Origin: Escherichia coli
GTDB lineage: Bacteria; Pseudomonadota; Gammaproteobacteria; Enterobacterales; Enterobacteriaceae
Direction: 5' to 3' (one strand)
DNA length: 39,423 nucleotides
NCBI RefSeq assembly: GCF_003334255.1
Contig: NZ_QOWU01000054.1
This document shows positions 35,558 to 39,423 of the stretch, piece by piece. Position 1 is the stretch's first letter; each line of letters starts with the position of its first letter. Under the pieces are notes generated by a model that saw only the letters and a list, made by a program, of their open reading frames with translations, was not told where the DNA came from and made no database searches. The translations under genes were made by a program, and so were the position numbers.

Positions 35558-35609
35558 GCAGCAAAACGCACAAACCGTAACCAAACGCGCAATTTATTTA
35601 AAAAGGGAC

Positions 35610-35638
35610 TAGACAGAGGGGTGGGAAGTCCGTATTAT
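35610..35638 (+). promoter_or_regulatory. Candidate sigma-70 promoter of the tRNA operon: TAGACA - 17 nt - TATTAT, AT-rich UP-like tract upstream and GC-rich discriminator (CCACCCCC) downstream
   Basis: Hexamers read directly at 35610-35615 and 35633-35638, 21 nt upstream of tRNA-Arg. Confidence 0.5.
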
Positions 35639-35659
35639 CCACCCCCGCAACGGCGCTAA

Positions 35660-35736
<77 letters not shown>

Positions 35737-35793
35737 TTTAGTCCCGGCGCTTGAGCTGCGGTGGTAGTAATACCGCGTAACAAGATTTGTAGT

Positions 35794-35870
35794 GGTGGCT
35801 ATAGCTCAGTTGGTAGAGCCCTGGATTGTGATTCCAGTTGTCGTGGGTTCGAATCCCATTAGCCACCCCA
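35794..35870 (+). tRNA. hisR: tRNA-His (anticodon GTG), 77 nt including the extra 5' G(-1)
   Basis: GGTGGCTATAGCTCAGTTGGTAGAGCCCTGGATTGTGATTCCAGTTGTCGTGGGTTCGAATCCCATTAGCCACCCCA. Confidence 0.95.
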
Positions 35871-35890
35871 TTATTAGAAGTTGTGACAAT

Positions 35891-35977
35891 GCGAAGGTGG
35901 CGGAATTGGTAGACGCGCTAGCTTCAGGTGTTAGTGTCCTTACGGACGTGGGGGTTCAAGTCCCCCCCCTCGCACCA
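35891..35977 (+). tRNA. leuT: tRNA-Leu (anticodon CAG), 87 nt, long variable arm
   Basis: GCGAAGGTGGCGGAATTGGTAGACGCGCTAGCTTCAGGTGTTAGTGTCCTTACGGACGTGGGGGTTCAAGTCCCCCCCCTCGCACCA. Confidence 0.95.
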
Positions 35978-36019
35978 CGACTTTAAAGAATTGAACTAAA
36001 AATTCAAAAAGCAGTATTT

Positions 36020-36096
36020 CGGCGAGTAGCGCAGCTTGGTAGCGCAACTGGTTTGGGACCAGTGGGTCGGAGGTTCGAATCCTCTCTCGCCGACCA
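36020..36096 (+). tRNA. proM: tRNA-Pro (anticodon TGG), 77 nt
   Basis: CGGCGAGTAGCGCAGCTTGGTAGCGCAACTGGTTTGGGACCAGTGGGTCGGAGGTTCGAATCCTCTCTCGCCGACCA. Confidence 0.95.
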
Positions 36097-36104
36097 ATTT
36101 TGAA

Positions 36105-36130
36105 CCCCGCTTCGGCGGGGTTTTTTGTTT
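36105..36130 (+). terminator. Rho-independent terminator of the tRNA operon
   Basis: CCCCGC-TTCG-GCGGGG hairpin followed by TTTTTTGTTTT. Confidence 0.75.
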
Positions 36131-36242
36131 TCTGTGCATTTCGTCACCCTCCCTTCGCAATAAACGCCCGTAATAACTCATTGCCCCACGGTATGATTTC
36201 GCCCTTAACGTATTGAAGGATGACTTCAGGCAAGGAGCGACC

Positions 36243-37478
36243 ATGCTGCAACAGGTTCCAACGCGTGCTTTTCATGTGATGGCGAAACCGAGCGGTTCCG
36301 ATTGTAATCTGAACTGTGACTACTGTTTTTATCTCGAAAAACAATCCCTTTACCGCGAAAAGCCAGTCACGCATATGGACGATGACACGCTGGAAGCGTA
36401 TGTCCGTCACTATATCGCTGCCAGCGAACCGCAAAACGAAGTGGCTTTTACCTGGCAGGGCGGCGAACCAAGGCTACTCGGGCTGGCGTTTTACCGCCGT
36501 GCCGTAGCGCTACAGGCGAAATATGGTGCTGGCAGGAAGATAAGTAACAGCTTCCAGACTAACGGCGTGCTGCTGGATGACGAATGGTGCGCGTTTCTCG
36601 CGGAGCATCATTTTCTTGTTGGTTTATCGCTGGATGGCCCGCCTGAGATCCACAATCAATATCGCGTGACTAAAGGTGGCAGACCCACGCATAAGCTGGT
36701 GATGCGTGCCCTGACGCTCCTGCAAAAACATCATGTCGACTATAACGTGCTGGTCTGCGTTAATCGCACCAGCGCGCAGCAACCGTTGCAGGTATATGAT
36801 TTTTTGTGCGATGCGGGAGTCGAATTCATCCAGTTTATTCCGGTGGTCGAGCGCCTGGCTGATGAAACAACTGCCCGCGATGGACTTAAGTTACATGCGC
36901 CTGGTGATATTCAGGGTGAGCTAACGGAATGGTCGGTGCGCCCCGAGGAGTTCGGTGAGTTTCTGGTGGCGATATTCGACCACTGGATCAAACGCGACGT
37001 CGGCAAGATTTTCGTGATGAATATCGAATGGGCGTTTGCCAATTTTGTCGGTGCGCCGGGTGCGGTTTGCCATCATCAGCCAACCTGTGGGCGCTCGGTG
37101 ATTGTTGAGCACAACGGCGACGTTTACGCCTGTGATCACTATGTTTATCCGCAATATTGGCTGGGGAATATGCACCAGCAAACAATTGCAGAAATGATCG
37201 ATTCCCCGCAACAGCAGGCGTTTGGTGAAGATAAATTTAAGCAGTTACCGGCGCAGTGTCGCAGTTGTAACGTGTTAAAAGCGTGCTGGGGAGGCTGCCC
37301 GAAACACCGCTTCATGCTCGATGCCAGCGGCAAACCGGGACTGAATTATTTGTGTGCCGGGTATCAGCGTTATTTCCGCCATCTACCGCCATATCTTAAA
37401 GCAATGGCTGATTTGCTGGCGCACGGTCGCCCGGCCAGCGACATTATGCATGCGCATTTGCTGGTGGTGAGTAAGTAG
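36243..37478 (+). CDS. aslB: Anaerobic sulfatase-maturating enzyme homolog (radical SAM / SPASM), 411 aa
   Basis: ORF track frame 36213..37478; start at MLQQVPTRAF with AAGGAG Shine-Dalgarno; CX3CX2C radical-SAM motif (CNLNCDYC) and C-terminal Cys clusters. Confidence 0.9.
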   Translation: MLQQVPTRAFHVMAKPSGSDCNLNCDYCFYLEKQSLYREKPVTHMDDDTLEAYVRHYIAASEPQNEVAFTWQGGEPRLLGLAFYRRAVALQAKYGAGRKISNSFQTNGVLLDDEWCAFLAEHHFLVGLSLDGPPEIHNQYRVTKGGRPTHKLVMRALTLLQKHHVDYNVLVCVNRTSAQQPLQVYDFLCDAGVEFIQFIPVVERLADETTARDGLKLHAPGDIQGELTEWSVRPEEFGEFLVAIFDHWIKRDVGKIFVMNIEWAFANFVGAPGAVCHHQPTCGRSVIVEHNGDVYACDHYVYPQYWLGNMHQQTIAEMIDSPQQQAFGEDKFKQLPAQCRSCNVLKACWGGCPKHRFMLDASGKPGLNYLCAGYQRYFRHLPPYLKAMADLLAHGRPASDIMHAHLLVVSK

Positions 37479-37504
37479 AAATCGGCGGCCGCCTGCGGTT
37501 GATT

Positions 37505-37609
<105 letters not shown>

Positions 37610-37636
37610 AAGGCAGATCTCAGCGATAGCGCCGGC

Positions 37637-39292
37637 TTAGTCAGATTTAATCTGCGCGCGTGGTGGATATTTTTTCAGGATCTCCATATACGCGTGCATT
37701 TCGGTCTGTAGCGGTACACCCATCGGAATATGGCGCACGCCGATGGAGTCGCTTTCCTGCGGATCGGTGTAGAGGTTAAACACCGACGATCCCGCCGTTT
37801 GCATTACTGTGCCGGTGAATCCACCCTGATATCCGCTCTGGGTATAAGCGTAAGGTTGCTGAATCAGGACGTGATACTTGAACTCATCCATACGCACAGC
37901 AGCGAGTTTACCGTTGAGGAAGTAGTGCTCGGCCTTACGGTTAGACTGACCATTTGTTCCCAGGAAGAAGGATGTCTGGTCCACACCATCGATAAAGGTG
38001 GTTTTCGGCACTAAATTCGCCACTTTCGCTCCAGGATGCCCTGCCAGATCCAGCGCGGTAGGGAAGAGATCTGCCAGATCGACAATACCGTCAGATTTAC
38101 GCGGTTGGATCATCCCTTTCCAGTAAACGAAAGTCGGTACGCGAACGCCGCCTTCCCAGGTCGAACCTTTCGCACCACGGAACGGGGTGCGTCCGTGCGG
38201 CGGTACTTCGGCTTCCGGTCCGTTATCGGAGGTAAAGACGATCAGCGTGTTATCAAGCTGACCGTTTTTCTCCAGTGTTTTATACAGATTAGCGAACACA
38301 TCGTTCATCTCCACCATGCAGTCGCCATACGAGGTGCGTGCCGGAGAGCTACCCGCATATTTCGCATTTGGGTAGTTATCGAAGTGGCAGCCACGAGTGC
38401 CGTAGTAGAGGAAGAATGGTTTATCGCTCTTCGCCATCTTGTCGAGGAACTTAACGCCATAGTCCATCCAGCGTTGATCCAGATCTTCCATATATTTCGG
38501 CGTAATGTCGGCAATGGCCTGTTGTTCGCCGCCGCGCACCGCATGAACGTCATCTTTGCTGAACGGTAATTGCTTGATGTATTCAGAACGGTCCGGACTC
38601 AGGGCCACTTCCGGATTGACGTGAACGTCGCGCCATTCGGTGTACATATCAGACACCGAGTTAAAGCCACGGAAATCATCAAAGCCAACGTTCTGCGGCT
38701 GCGACTCTTTGTTTTCCCCCATATGCCATTTTCCGATGGCCTGAGTGACGTAGCCCTGATCGTGCAGCAACTGCGGCAGCGTGGTTAACCCTTGCAGCCC
38801 GCCCGGTTGCCCGTACATTGGCGGCATCAGAATGCCGTGGTGGATGGAGTATTGTCCGGTGAGAATGGTGGCGCGGGTTGGGGAAGAGCTTGGTTGAGAA
38901 TACGCCGAAGTTAAAATCAGCCCCTGGCTGGCAACGGCGTCGATATCTGGTGTAGGGTTACCCACCGCCACGCCGCCACCGTTAAAACCGACGTCCATCC
39001 AGCCCACATCGTCCAGCAAGAAAACAACCACATTCGGTTTCTTACCGGTTTTTTTCTCAAGTTCTGCCAGCTTCTGCTGGGTTTCTTTATCCTGCGCCGG
39101 ATGCTGCATTACTGGCATCATATTGTCGGCAATAGTGGTCGCCGGTTTAACCAGATACTGGTTTGGGTGATCGTATCCGGCAAAGCCTTTGCGTGCGGTG
39201 GCAGTTGACGGGGTATCTGCTGCGCTGGCCATGAGAGGAAGAGCGGCGGCGACAGCAACAACAAGACGTTTGGGTGAAAACGAAAATTCCAT
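37637..39292 (-). CDS. aslA: Arylsulfatase-family protein with N-terminal signal peptide, 551 aa
   Basis: ORF track 551 aa; signal peptide [25 protein letters not shown]; sulfatase signature [11 protein letters not shown] (S-x-P-x-R). Confidence 0.9.
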
Positions 39293-39344
39293 GCAAAATG
39301 CTCCGGTTTCATGTCATCAAAATGATGACGTAATTAAGCATTGA

Positions 39345-39423
39345 TAGGTGATGCTGCCAACTTACTGATTTAGTGTATGATGGTGTTTTTGAGGTGCTCC
39401 AGTGGCTTCTGTTTCTATCAGCT
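39345..39423 (+). mobile_element. IS1: Left end of insertion sequence IS1 (terminal inverted repeat and start of insA), truncated by the window edge
   Basis: GGTGATGCTGCCAACTTACTGATTTAGTGTATGATGGTGTTTTTGAGGTGCTCCAGTGGCTTCTGTTTCTATCAGCT matches the IS1 IRL-proximal sequence from memory. Confidence 0.8.
39400..39423 (+). CDS. insA: IS1 InsA N-terminus (partial, continues beyond window): V/M-A-S-V-S-I-S
   Basis: GTG GCT TCT GTT TCT ATC AGC reads MASVSIS, the remembered InsA N-terminus; only 8 codons are inside the window. Confidence 0.5.

Overview
This window is a conserved Escherichia coli-type core chromosomal segment, and I do not see a novel multi-gene system in it. Gene order is colinear with the known rrn-distal / ilv / rep / rho / ECA / asl region. 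In order: the 3' end of an rRNA operon (5S rRNA, tRNA-Asp, tRNA-Trp), hdfR, yifE (maoP), comM, a complete ilvLXGMEDA operon, ilvY-ilvC, ppiC, a frameshifted PemK/MazF-like toxin remnant (yifN), rep, gpp, rhlB, trxA, rhoL-rho, the 12-gene enterobacterial common antigen cluster (wecA to wecG), yifK, a four-tRNA operon (Arg-His-Leu-Pro), aslB and aslA. The last 79 bp of the window match the left end of insertion sequence IS1. The points most worth a second look are: (1) the IS1 junction 52 bp upstream of aslA; (2) an ilvL leader peptide of 27 codons, five fewer than the 32-codon K-12 leader as I recall it; (3) an intact 548-aa ilvG, unlike the frameshifted K-12 allele; (4) the orphan frameshifted toxin-like yifN; (5) a Ser-type sulfatase motif in AslA next to the radical-SAM maturase AslB. 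All gene identities come from reading the supplied ORF translations and the nucleotide sequence against remembered E. coli proteins and RNAs; no database search was run.
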